Shown: piece after piece, positions 52,057 to 64,000 of the stretch
How the letters are laid out: each line of letters begins with the position of its first letter
Numbering within the stretch: position 1 is the stretch's first letter
Source: Lepidodermella squamata
Taxonomy: Eukaryota; Animalia; Gastrotricha
DNA length: 64,000 nucleotides
Assembly: GCA_047495785.1 (NCBI GenBank)
Contig: JBLDXI010000026.1
Location: 1,054,001-1,118,000 of the forward strand
Reading direction: 5' to 3'
The notes under the pieces: model-generated
What the model was told of the DNA's origin: nothing
Databases searched by the model: none
The model's input: only the letters and a program-made list of their open reading frames with translations
Position numbers and translations under genes: made by a program

Positions 52057-52527
52057 TTACCACAAAAGACGCGCGATTAAAGCCAAGCCGAGCAGGATTT
52101 GACCGGCCATAATCGAAGAGGCCGCGTTGCAGTTGTCGCTCTGGCAGCAATAGACTTCGGTTGCGAATCCAGCATCGGATCTTGAAGACCGTGTACAACT
52201 CGTCTCACAGCTTTTAACCGTTGAAAAAACGCCAGCTCCAATGGTGGAGGAAACAACTTTGGTCTGAAAAAACCGCAAAATTAAAAAAATAATACCGATT
52301 TATTTATAATTGAGACTCCCACCTGGCAGTAACCGCCGCTTGCAGTGGAGCAAGTCGAGTTGCTGGAGAACACACCAGAGAGAGCTGACGAGCCCGAGTA
52401 GCATGTCAAGGCATCTGTGTTAAAAATATTTCATGAAAACCCGAAAATCAGGTATTTTTCATTAATTACCCAAAGGCTGGTAATAAACAACAGCCAACAG
52501 CAAAACGCAGGCGAGGAACGATTTCAT
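52057..52527 (-). CDS. Ly6/three-finger protein 5
   Basis: MKSFLACVLLLAVV, ALTCY, YCCQSDNCN, GPI-type tail. Confidence 0.85.
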
Positions 52528-53696
52528 TTTTTTACCTTGAGTAAAATTGCGATGTATGTATTATTATGATGGCGGTTTTATGCAGTGTGGGTCGTAAAAA
52601 TATAACGGCTCAGCAAACATGATGGCCTGAGGTGTGTGCGTCACGGCTTTGTTGCCAAGCGACTCCTGAATAAGACGGCGAAAATTTACTTTCTCTTACT
52701 CTCAATTCTCAATAAACAATTTTTTCCATCATAGGTAAAACGTAGCAATCTCAATGAAATCGTGTGATTCATATGCTTAATCATGATAGTTCATCTTCCC
52801 GGAATTTCGGAATTTAAATGATCCTACACCAATCCTATACGAGGTAAATCACCTTTTTCAAAGGAAATTTCACAAAAATTGTCATCAAGATGAATTTGGA
52901 TGTAAATTGGGAACAGAGACCAAGATCGGTCAAAAGGTGGAAATTAGCTTTGAAAAATCATTCTTTCTTGTTAATAGTCAGTACCCGCCGCTTTGTGATC
53001 CCAACTATCCCGTTCCTTAAAAATTTTGGCAGCCTTTCCAGCTTAATCTCAGGATTTACAAAGTTAATGAAGTTCAAGTCCGCTTCAATCAGCGAATAAC
53101 TTATGAACAACGCAGCTCATTAGCGTATTCAAGCGATACACCGAATAGCCCCTCAAATTCGCCTTTTAATGGGACTTTTCGGACGCAATCAGACAAAAGT
53201 ATGAGTCGGATCGGGGCGTCTTCAATTTTCATGGGCGCCCTAGCGTCTGTAGAAAAATTAGACGCAAGTCAAGCGAAATTACTTTCGGCTCAAGGTAATT
53301 CAGCGTTTAAAGCAGTGTTTAAACTGAGTTAAACTTGGACTTGAAATGTGAATCCGTGTATTCCTAACCACTTGTGTCAGGTCATGACATTTTTACGGTA
53401 TGTGGTTCGTCTTTCAAATGCAAAATTTTATTGCCAACGGTAACTTTTTTGAGCTCATTCTTATGCTTGCATGAACTTGTCCGATTAGCCCCAATGACCC
53501 AAATAACCCCAAATGACGGCACATCTAAGCGGAAATAAAAAATTCCAAAACTATCTCGTCACCTCAATCGATATTCTTGGATACTGCTTCATTCAGCAAA
53601 ATGCATGAAAGTATTTTTTTCGAAAATTGGAGGTATATCGCAAAGCGAGATCAGATAAATATCAAGATATCAAAAATAAGGCTCGTGTCGCAGTTT

Positions 53697-54156
53697 TCAC
53701 CACAAAAGACGCGTCAGTACAGCCAAACCGATCAGGATTTGACCGGCCATAACCGACGAGGCCGCGTTACAATTATCGGTCTGGCAGCAATACGTTTCAT
53801 ATGCAACCCCAAGAACGGTGCTTGAAGAACGCGAGCAAGAAGATTCGCAGCTTTTAGCAGTCGACAAAACGCCAGCTCCAATGGTTGACGTGGAAACTTT
53901 GGTCTAAAAAACGCGGAATTTTACTGAAAAATGTGTATTTGTGAGACTCCTACCTGGCAGTAACCGCCTGAAATAGTGCAGGTCGAGTTGCTGGAAAACA
54001 CGCTGAGAGTTGACGAGCCTGAGTAGCAGGTCAGAGCATCTGTGTGAAAAAATTACTCCTGAAAATCCAAAAATCCGAAAATAATTTTCATTAATTACCC
54101 AAAGGCTGGCAATAAACAACAGCCAACAGCAGTACGCAGGCGAGGAACGATTTCAT
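53697..54156 (-). CDS. Ly6/three-finger protein 6
   Basis: Three in-frame exons; YCCQTDNCN. Confidence 0.85.
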
Positions 54157-54610
54157 TTTATTACCTTGAGTAAAATTGCGACGTATTACTACGATGACCT
54201 TTTTATGCCGAGTTTGGATCGTAAAATTATAACGGCTCAGCAAACATGATGACCCGATTTGTGTGCGTCGCGGCTTCGTTGCCAAGCGACTCCTGAATAA
54301 GACGGCGAAAATTAAAATTTACTTTCTCTTACTCTCAATTCTCAATAAAAAATAGTTCTCAATTAGAGTAAAAAATTTGCGATCTAAATAAAATCGTGAT
54401 TCGTGATTCATAGGCTTAATGCTTAATCATGAGAATCAGTTCATCTTCCCGATTACTAATCTCAGGATTTTTCATCGGAATTTAAATGATCCTAGACTTT
54501 AAATATCCTATTCAAGGTAAAGCACGAGGCCTGACATTTTTCAAAGGTAACTTCGCAAAAATGTTCATCAAGGTGAATTTTGGGTGTAAAATGGCAACAG
54601 AGACCAAGAT

Positions 54611-55285
54611 CAGTTTAGCCGAGCTACTGGCGAGCAAAGCGATTACATCACCGCTGCTATCGATCTTCCCGAGCTCTTGGCACTACCCCGATCTATAAAT
54701 GGCGTCTGCGACTTGCAGACATGCTGAAAATTCGTCTCGTTTCGAGCGACAAATCTGCTCTGTAAGAAGTTGGCATCGAACGGGGCCAACGTCATTCCGC
54801 TACGACCGGCAAAATACCGAATCGTTCTGACCAACTGTGATGCAAATTGCGTCACGACGTCCCATATCGAGGCGACAAGCATGCCGCGAACTCGAGGAAA
54901 TGACCTCGCCGCCAGCCATCTGCGGTCTAGCTGATGCAAAGAGCATCTGGGAAAGTGTGATTTTGAAAGAAACTGCATTTTCAAGACGGGACGAGTGGTA
55001 ACTGGGATTTCTAACGAGATCCTAGTTGCCAACTGCTCAAAAGTTGGGGAAATTGTTAAGTGGGTCCCACTTGGCATACGTGATGATCCCGCCGGTCCGC
55101 CCGTGATCTTCCATAACGCATGGCGCTGTAGGGTCCGTTTTGATTTGTCCGAGCGGCGTGGCTCCTGAGCCAAATTCCCCAGTAGGTGAGGGGGATTCGC
55201 GCAACCCCCTCGTCTCGAGCCACGTTTTCCGCAACCCCCTTCCCCCCTCGGCAGCGTGACGTTCTTTGTGTATGCCCCCAAGCGG
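54611..55285. other. GC-rich insertion of unknown origin in the Ly6 repeat unit
   Basis: Interrupts the conserved spacer right after gagaccaagatc; composition differs from the flanks. Confidence 0.5.
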
Positions 55286-55289
55286 AATT

Positions 55290-55415
55290 CGAAAATTCCA
55301 AAAATATCTCGTCAATCAATATACTTGGATACTGTTTTATTCAGCAAAATGCATCAAAAAGTATTTTTTCAAAAATTGGAGGTAAATCTATTAAAACGAT
55401 ATCAGATATTGAGAT
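55290..55415 (-). pseudogene. Remnant 3' flank of a further Ly6 unit
   Basis: Carries the cttggatactgttttattcagcaaaatgcatc block found downstream of Ly6 genes 5-8, but no coding exons follow. Confidence 0.55.
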
Positions 55416-56054
55416 CTCGTGACTTGCGCGCCATAACAAAGTGCCCGAAATAGAAACAAATGGCGTAAAACTAAATTTTTGCATCTTCGCCAAGTCAGTC
55501 GCGTGGCTGATCGCTAGAAAAAAGCTGAAAACACGTTTACGCCATCTAAACCACCTGCTCGAAGGAGTTTGGGGCTGAACTGGAAGAGGCTTACCGCATA
55601 TTCCGTAATAGCTTCATATACCCGTTATTACCGCCCGTCCCGTTTACAACCCCCCTTTTTAAGCCCTTTGAAAAATAGAGCCTCATACTCGCAATAGCTA
55701 CCCGGGACCTAAATTCAAATTCAAACTTTGAAAATCGCATTTTAAAATAATAGCGCCTAACTTTTTGAAATTCCATATTTGAGGCGTTTGATGGGCATGT
55801 TTGATAGAAAATGGCGAAACATAGCCGAGTGAGAGAAGTTCAGCAACGAAAATTGCCTAAGTAGCTGTCGATTTCCTAGCATTCATGATTTGAAGAAAAC
55901 TAACATTTTAAAATTTCAATAATTTGCTTAAAAATGGCTGAAAACTCGCAATCGAAGGATAAAGTTCTCGATTTTGATGAAAAGCTGTTTACTTTACAAG
56001 CTGTAGTTCAAAAATTATCAATTTATTCTCAATTTTAACTCAATTTTAACGGGT

Positions 56055-57115
56055 CACATTTTATTCAACATATCAAATATACTTTTTTCAACATCAAATT
56101 ACTTTTTCTATCATTAAACTCTTTTTTCAACAGCAAATTTCGATATGTTAATTTTTGCGATCCACACTCATTAAAGCCCTTGATAATGACCAGTCCGGAA
56201 AAATAACAGAAAATTTGGGCGAACGATGTAGTTTGTTGCTGTCGAACCCGTTTATAAAAATATGGAAAATTGAGTTAGCAGCAATTTTGCAAAGTTACGG
56301 ACAAGTATTTGATTTTTGGCCGAAAAACATTGAATTGTTAAATATTTTTCCGAATAATTTTACGATTTTCATTTTTGCGAGGATTATGATTCAAATGAGT
56401 GAAATTAGCCAGGGCCCTTCAAGGTTAAGCCGCCGGAACGTCTTATACCGTTGCGCTGCACTGAATAGCCGCATGCGCTCCCTGTCTTGAGGGCCAATAA
56501 TCGATTAGCGCAGACCACTGATTGTTGATAGCGTCCCTTCATCTACGCGTTCTACTCAGAACTTTTCGCGGGAGTCTCACAGCCGCGTTAAATTCGCTAT
56601 ATCGTTAACGGCGCGCCAAAACAACCACTTAGATGATTCATTCGATCGTACTTGAAGTCGCCGAACGTAATGATAAAGTACGATAGGCCATTTGAGCACT
56701 GATTTTTTCTACTCTCGATCGTACTATCCATATAAAATCTATAAATAGTAAAGTGGTTGTTTTGGCGCGCCGCTAACGATATGTTTTGCTTTCATGCCAC
56801 AAAGCCCAGTTTACCGGTCAACCGGCTAGAAATTTGTCGACCCATACCCAACCGGCAACCGGTCAGCTTACCGGCCGGTTAACCCGACCTGTTTCCACCT
56901 CTGGATATGATCACCTTAGCTCTTTGGCATGAGTCTGGGCCCCGCTATCATCACCCGAGGCCATAAGCACTTGAAATCCACAACTTTATTATGAAAGCAT
57001 ATTCTTCCCTATCAAATAATAATTTCTGAAGTTTGCTGTTGAAAAAAGAGTTTGATGATAGAAAAAGTAATTTGATGTTGAAAAAAGTAAATTTGATGTT
57101 AAATAAAATATTTTC
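56055..57115. mobile_element. Inverted-repeat element with nested MITEs
   Basis: ~56060-56140 is the reverse complement of ~57028-57110; nested ~30-bp TIR pair at 56600-56630 and 56750-56781. Confidence 0.6.
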
Positions 57116-57680
57116 CATTTTAACACTTGAAAACTTGCTTTGAAACAATAAAGTCGCATGATCGCAATTGTAACACGTCCCGTTTACAACCCCCCTTTTT
57201 CGAGGCTTTGAAATTACAATGCCCCCTGAAGCTATTACGGAAAATACGGTATTTAAAATCAGATGTGGAAGATTCTGAAAGAAAAAGCGAGTAATAATCA
57301 ATTATAGGCCAGCAATATTACGAATGTTTTAAAATTGAATAAAAAAAAATATATTTTCGAATATTTGAAAAGCTCATATGCGATCAATTACAGAAAAATT
57401 ACGTCCTTCTTGCTTACCAGCGGCTTCAAATACGAAACTTATCAATTTTTATTCGATTTTAGTTATTCTTCTAATGACTCATCTTCAATCATTTCAAGCT
57501 ATCAGTTTTTCTTAGCTACTACTAAGTGGAACCATTATATCCACAAAATCGCTATTGGTTGAGCTAAAAATCCATCATCTTGGCATGTTATTTCTTGAAA
57601 AAAAGACAATTTTGAATTTCCCGTGTTTGCCTCGCGGTGGTCGAGTATAGAAAAAGAGTTAAACTCATTGTTAACTATTC

Positions 57681-58517
57681 CAGTGGTGCGCAAACTTAGT
57701 TTACTACCGGCAATTTTGGCGGCCGGAAATGTCCCTAACCGGCCGCAACACTCTCGGCGTCTTAAACCGGCCGCACTGCCGGAATAATTTTACATGTCAT
57801 CGGCCAAATCAACTGATTTTCGTTGTAAAATTTTTCTCTAAACCAAGATTTCGACGACAAAATTGAAAATTTCCAATTTTCTACGGTGAATGATGCAGAA
57901 CATTTTATGAGACAACCCAGAAGCCACAAATGCAACCCAGCCTTCTCAGGTTAAATCATTGATCCCCTGCCTTGGTACCAGTCTCAAATTCCAGATTCAT
58001 CTGAAATCCAAAAATCGCATACCACGTTCCAATCCATGGTTCCAAAAATTTCAAGTCAAAGTTCAGTCCAAGATGAAGTCAAAAGGCAAAGGTTAAAAAG
58101 GTTTCAAAACGCAATTTTTAATGGATGTTCCAGATAGAAAACAGGTCCAAGGTTTATGAAATCTCTCCGTTTTATCAACTTGAAAGCGGCTAAGACAAAG
58201 TGGAAAAGCTCGTGGCATCTCATTCGAGGAGGAACAAACCGCCAAAATTAGCAAGATAGTCCATCGATCAGTCCATCGATAGTCGCAAATTTCAGCCATT
58301 ATTTGACCATGAAAAATTACAAAAATTACCCCATTAAATTAAGGTGGCTGGACCTATCGATTGCTCAACAAAATTTTGGAGCAGGGTGCCTTCTGTCCCC
58401 CTACGATACCAAATCACCGACTGCACAAGCTTCGACCGGCCGCACGTAATGTTACTGAGCCGAAAGGCCAGCCGGCCGCCAAAAATGCCTCGGAAAAACC
58501 GAGTTTGCGCACCACTG
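57681..58517. mobile_element. hAT-type non-autonomous element
   Basis: TIR CAGTGGTGCGCAAACT / AGTTTGCGCACCACTG, 8-bp TSD AACTATTC, CCGGC subterminal motifs. Confidence 0.9.
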
Positions 58518-58814
58518 AACTATTCCGTTTTCCGTTTTGAAGCGAACTCCTCTTCACGTTAGAAATCAACGTTAGAGCACTGCTTCTAATTTTACAATGC
58601 AAATCGCACGATTTCTAATTTAGCGTTTTTTCACTTAGAACGCGTGCGTTTTTCTAATTCGCATTTCTAATTCACTTAGAACACGTGCGTTGTTCTAATT
58701 AGCGAATTAGAACACGCACGTTTTTTCATTGCGCGTAATTACTCATTCATAAAACAGCAACGCATTTTTACGCACAGCAATAATTTCTCATTTTTATTGC
58801 ACACACAAAACGCT

Positions 58815-59535
58815 GTTAATAACCGAGGCGATAGCCGAGGTTACCAAAGGCGAGCGCAGCGATGCCTTTAAAATAAAACGAGGCGAAGCCGAGTCTAGTA
58901 GTGAAAGGCGAGTGAAGCGAGCCTAGATGAGACGTTGAAACGAGTCGAAGCAAGAGGGGAACGAGGCGCAGCCGAGTGTAACGAGTGCGGAGACGAGTTT
59001 CAACGTTTTCCACTTTTTTAAGCCACTTTTCTGCCTGCTGTTTATTGAACGTGGTATCGCCAAGCGAGTGACTCATTCTTCGTGCGGCGAGTGCAAAATT
59101 ATTACCCTCAATAAAACGCACATACCAGTGTTAGCAATAATGCTAGCGTTGCAAAACTGGCACAAATTTCGCATTGCTAGGCGCAGCGATATCAGTAAAT
59201 TGGCTTCGCTCTCAAAGGTGGTCATAATTTCGATGAGCTGGGCTTGTTCGGCGAGGTACTAGTCGATGCTCACTTTAAATGGAAATGTGAATAAAATGAG
59301 GTGAAAAAACTCGCGTAACTCAGTCCCTGAAAATTAGACGCCGTGCTCTAATAATGTTAGATCACTCGTTTTGATCCTAATCGTAAACTTCGACTCGTGA
59401 AAAACTCGCGCTCCACTCGGCTGCGCCTCGTTCCGCTTGCTCGTTTTTCACTCCTCTTCGTTTACTCGAGATTATAAAAAAATCCGCCTCTAATTACGCG
59501 TTTTCTCGATTAGAATCAAAACTCGGTGTTCTAAC
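58815..59535. repeat. Repeat with arrays of CGAGGCGAAGCCGAG-like motifs
   Basis: About seven variants at 58820-59000 and reverse-complement variants at 59400-59470. Confidence 0.6.
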
Positions 59536-59702
59536 ATATATTAGAAATAGAATTCAAACCAAAAAATGTCAATGAAAAATTCCCTATCACCTTAATATAT
59601 TTGGATATTGTTTTATTCAGCAAAATGCATCTAAAGGTATTTTTTCAATTCGAGGTTTCTCTCAATAAAGCGAGATCAACAATACGACTTGTGTCGCAGT
59701 TT

Positions 59703-60171
59703 TCACCACAAAAGACGCGCGAGTACAGCCAAACCGATCAGGATTTGCCCGGCCATAATCAACGAGGCCGCGTTGCAGTTGTCGGTCTGGCAGCAATAGA
59801 CTTCAGTTCCGACTCCAACATCGGATGTGTGAGACGGTGTACAATTCGTCGCACAGCTTTTAGTAGTTAACCAAACGCTAGTGCCAATGGTGGTGCTAAC
59901 AATTGTGGTCTAAAAACGGCGCAATTTGCAAAAAACTATACTGTTTTTCTGTTTTTTTTATATTTTTGAGACCTGGCAGTAACCGCTTGAAATGGAGCAA
60001 GTCGTGTTACTGGTAAACCCTTTGATAGTTGACGAGCCCGAGTTGCATGTCAAAGCATCTGATAAACAAAATTACTGAAAATCTGAAAATCGCAGGTCAT
60101 TTTCATAAATTACCTAAAGGCTGGTAATAAACAACGGCCAACAGCAAAGCGCTGGCAAGGAAGGATTTCAT
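59703..60171 (-). CDS. Ly6/three-finger protein 7
   Basis: Three in-frame exons; ALTCN, YCCQTDNCN. Confidence 0.85.
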
Positions 60172-60892
60172 TTTTTTTTACCTTGAGTAAAATTGCGACG
60201 TGTTATTACGATGACCTTTTTATGCAGAGTTTGGGTCGTAAAATTATAACGGCTCAGCAAACATGATGACCCGATTTGTGTGCGCCACGGCTTCGTTGCC
60301 AAGCGACTCATGAAAAAGACGGTGAAAATTTACTTTCTCTTACTCTCAATTCTCAATAAAAAATATTTCTCAATTAGGTGAAAACTTTGCGATATCAATG
60401 AAATCATGATTCATAAGCTTAATCATGCGTTCATCCTCTTCCTGATTATTAATCTCGGGATTTTTCACAGGGCGACATCGGAATTTAAATGATCATATAC
60501 CACCTATCCTATACAAGCTAAATCACGAGGCCTTACATTTTTTAATCAAAATTGTCATCAAGATAATGAATTTGGGTGGACAATGGGAACAGAGACCAAG
60601 ATCGGTCAAAAGGTGGAAATTAGCTTCGAAAATCGGTATTTCTTGTTAAATGTCAAAACCCGCTGCTACCATACGAATATCAGCCACTAATAGCCCCAAT
60701 GACCCAAATAATCCCAAATGACTGTACAATCGAAATCGAAAATTACAAAACGATATAGTCACCTCAGTCAATATACTTGGATACTGTTTTATTCAGCAAG
60801 ATGCATCAAAAGGTATTTTTCCAAAATTGGAGGTCTCTCTCAAAGCGAGATCAGATATCGAGATATCAAAAATAAGGCTGGTGTCGCAGTTT

Positions 60893-61342
60893 TCACCTCA
60901 ACAGACGCGCGAGTAACGGCAAACCGATCAGGATTTGACCGGCCATAACCGACGACGCAGCGTTGCAGTTGTCGGTCTGGCAGCAATAGTATACATTTTC
61001 GATTCCAAGGAAGTAGCTTGAAGACTGTGTACAATTCGTCTCGCAGCTTTTAAAAGTCAAAACGCGCGTTTCATTAGTGGTGAAAGAAACAAGTGTTTTC
61101 TAAAAAAAACGCGGAATTTTACTAAAAATGGATTTTTTGAGACTCCTACCTTGCAGTAACCGCCACTTTCAATGGAGCAAGTCGTGTAGCTGAGAGTTGG
61201 CGTGCCTGAGTAGCATGTCAGGGCATCTGTCGAAGAAAAATTCCTGAAAATCCAAAACAAAATCAGGTAATTTTCTATAATTACCCAAAGGCTGGTAATA
61301 AACAACAGCCAACAGCAAAACGCAGGCGAGGAACGATTTCAT
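60893..61342 (-). CDS. Ly6/three-finger protein 8
   Basis: Three in-frame exons; ALTCY, YYCCQTDNCN. Confidence 0.85.
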
Positions 61343-61796
61343 TTTTTATACCTTTTGAGTAAAATGGGACGTATTGATGGCGGTTTTATGCTGAGTGTGG
61401 GTCGTAAAAATATAACATGATGACCCAATCGTTTTTTTTTTGACCAATTGGTGCATCACGGCCTCGTTGCCAGTCTACGCATGAAAAAGAAGGATTTTCT
61501 TTGAGCGAACTTTCTCTTCCTTTCAATAAAAAATATTCTCAATTAGGACAGAAATCTTGCGATCTCAATGAAATCGTGATTCATAGGCTTAATCATTAGA
61601 CTAATCCATCTTGCGATTTTCCACCGAGTGATATCGGATTTTTATTGATCCTATACCAGGTAAATCCCGAGGCGCGACATTTTTTGAAGGCAATTTCGCC
61701 AAAAATATTTTTTTAGTTACTTACATTTCCGAAGTGTAAAGTATTTTGGGTGTATAATAGGAACAGAGGCCAAAAGTTTGAAATTAGCTTTGAAAA

Positions 61797-62530
61797 TCAT
61801 TCTTTATTGTTAATAATCTCGGGCGTCTCCTCTTTAGCCGAGTTACTGTTACAGCTTGCATCATTCTTATCCAATTTAGGCTTCCGAAGACAGAGGCAGC
61901 TCAGGAGAATTAGAATGACGGCTACAACGAAGCGGAAAGCGAAAATTCCCAACAGAATGAGACTTGAGTAGAAGGCGAAACCATCCGAACCTTTCGTGTA
62001 CAGCTTGTAGGCAGCGACGATTAACCATGAAGAAAGGCAGACCGAGCCCACAATTGCAACGGCAGCCATGATCATGGTGACTATTAGCAAAAAAAATATG
62101 AAAAAAAAATAAAAAATTAGAGGAATTTGATTGTACCTGTTCTCGGCGAAAAACAGCAAGCTATGATAGATACAATCGTGATATCGAAAACTATAATGGT
62201 TATCGTAAAGCCAAAACCGAATTCTAGGAAATACTTCATGTTTTTCGCATCATGATCCGGCTCCAAAGTAGTTGAAATACCGCTGGAATCAATCGATGAG
62301 AAATTACTCGAAGGCATTAGGGTCGATGTTCCGACTACTGCACTTGGTTTACTCGTGAAAACTGCGAAAAAATTGAGCAGGTACAAGTTGTAACAGGCAA
62401 TTCCTAAAACGATGGCAAGCAGGAAAATGTCCAGAGATTTGACGATGATAGCCATTTTTCGGAACGTTGAAATGTGAGGATCGCAGCTCGACGACTTGCG
62501 GCAACAAAAAGCGCAACATTTCGGCGCCAT
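61797..62530 (-). CDS. Four-TM protein, copy 3, with Cys-rich N-terminus
   Basis: Exons 62530-62137 and 62080-61797; 56-nt phase-1 intron. Confidence 0.7.
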
Positions 62531-63511
62531 AATGCGATGGCCTCGAGAAAAAAATTCATTTTCATTACGCGAATTTGTTAAGGAGGATTTTTTCATTTTT
62601 TAAATTTCCCGTTATTTTTGTTTTTTGTTTACGTCCGTTATTTTATATAGGGCGATCTAATTTATTTCATTCGATCAGCGTTGGTTATTGTTATTATAGG
62701 ATATAGAATGATGCAACGCACTGGAAGCGCGTGATTTTTTTCGTAACTGAAGAATTATTACGGCAGCAATCATCTAATATCCGCTGAGGGCGAAACGTAT
62801 ACAAAAGGTGTTTTCAATTTGATACGAGGTGAATCACGAGTGCTCACCAATATGGGAGTTATTGCTCGCTTATAAATCCCCAGCCAAAGTTCTTATTCGT
62901 CGGTAAAAATCATAAAAAATGCAGAATTTCGTAAGTTTTCAAAAATCATTTGACTATGATTTTAAAAAGTTAGCTTTTTTAGACCGGTGACTGCAAAGCT
63001 GTGAATGAGTTATCGGACCCCATCGAACAGTGTTTATTCATCCACGTGAGCTGTAAAAAATTTAAATAAGAAATATTCAAAAAATTTCACAAATTGAAGA
63101 AAAATCTCGCCTGTGCGCTTTCCAGCGGCTTTTTCAACTACTCTGCTTGGCTCTATTGCGGTTTCCAAGGAACTGGTCTTCGGCTGTTCGGCATAATGCT
63201 ATTCGTAAATCCATATTACAGCAATTTTACGTGATTTTTCTTATTTTTCGCAGATTTTTCTACTTTGCTTCCTGCTGATGTGTCTCGCAATAACTTCGGA
63301 TCAAATGTAAGCAAATTATCCTGTGTTATTTTCAGAATTTTACTTGAATATTTCCAGACTAACTCCAAACTTATCGGCCATTGCTCAAACTCTTCAACTC
63401 AGGTTAAAGAAATATTTTCAAACTTAATTCGATTTTTAATTACTCGAAATTTTTCAGTGAAAACATTGCGGTAAAATCTGGCGTTAAAATTTTCCTCCTT
63501 TTCGATTATCA

Positions 63512-63760
63512 GACTATACTGCTATTAGGGCGAAACTTTGCTACCATTCGGCTCAGGAGCCGGTGATATTTTCACGTCGATAGCAGCTGTTACAGCGCTT
63601 CGAGACGGCGATCTCAGCTTGCTCTACGGCATGCAACTCGGTTCGGGAGCATTTGCTACAACTGTGATGATAGGTTCAATTGTGGCCATTCGACCTTTCA
63701 GAACCATGCACAGGCCTTTATTGCGAGTCATCATTTTCTACATGATCGCAATTTATTGGG
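63512..63760 (+). CDS. Exon of a divergent NCLX/SLC8B1-like cation/Ca2+ exchanger; partial and possibly a pseudogene
   Basis: PFGSGAGDIFTS...GSGAFATTVMIGSIVAIRPF...RPLLRVIIFYMIA resembles the NCLX alpha-1 repeat region. Confidence 0.7.
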
Positions 63761-64000
63761 GTAATAAAATTACTCCCTACTTTCTATAAGTAGGTCATCT
63801 CATGCGCCAAGATTATTTTAGTATATTTTTTCTCGAAATTCCGATAAAATTCACGATTGATCGTTTTCAGCTTATTTGCTGAACCTTTTCAGCATTTTTA
63901 GGAACCTAAGTAGAACTAAGTAGAACTTTCTCAAATAAATTGTAATTCTCGCAAATTTATATTTTCGCGATTTTCAGCTTTCTTTGTAATTTGGGATGGC

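Noticed and set aside
58820-59000. CRISPR-like repeat-spacer pattern
   Set aside because: Repeats are short and degenerate, the context is eukaryotic and there are no cas genes.
45774-61342. Reading the three-finger array as venom toxins
   Set aside because: The copies keep hydrophobic GPI-type tails, which indicates membrane-anchored Ly6 proteins.

Overview
This is eukaryotic (invertebrate animal) genomic DNA with short GT-AG introns (mostly ~50-56 nt), so the ORF track fragments most genes; I spliced the gene models by hand. From 5' to 3' it holds: two tandem gustatory-receptor-like (GRL) genes; three paralogous secreted proteins with five 4-Cys repeats and two C-type lectin-like domains (one disrupted, plus an orphan exon 1); two unassigned secreted paralogs sharing a 'PVHMDGP' domain; an intronless GABA-B-type class C GPCR; a Cys-loop ion-channel subunit apparently fused to an N-terminal LamG/ConA-like domain, EGF repeats and a mucin stalk; a class A GPCR; three scattered 4-TM paralogs; two catalytically dead trypsin-fold proteins lying tail-to-tail with a Sema-less MET/RON-like tyrosine kinase; eight GPI-anchored Ly6/three-finger genes; and a divergent NCLX-like exchanger at the window edge. 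The tandem arrays carry many MITEs, several with clear TIRs and TSDs, while ~26.6-46.3 kb is compact and almost TE-free. The best candidates for new biology are the chimeric Cys-loop channel and the pseudoprotease/MET-like kinase pairing. Family calls rest on motif recognition only; no searches were run.
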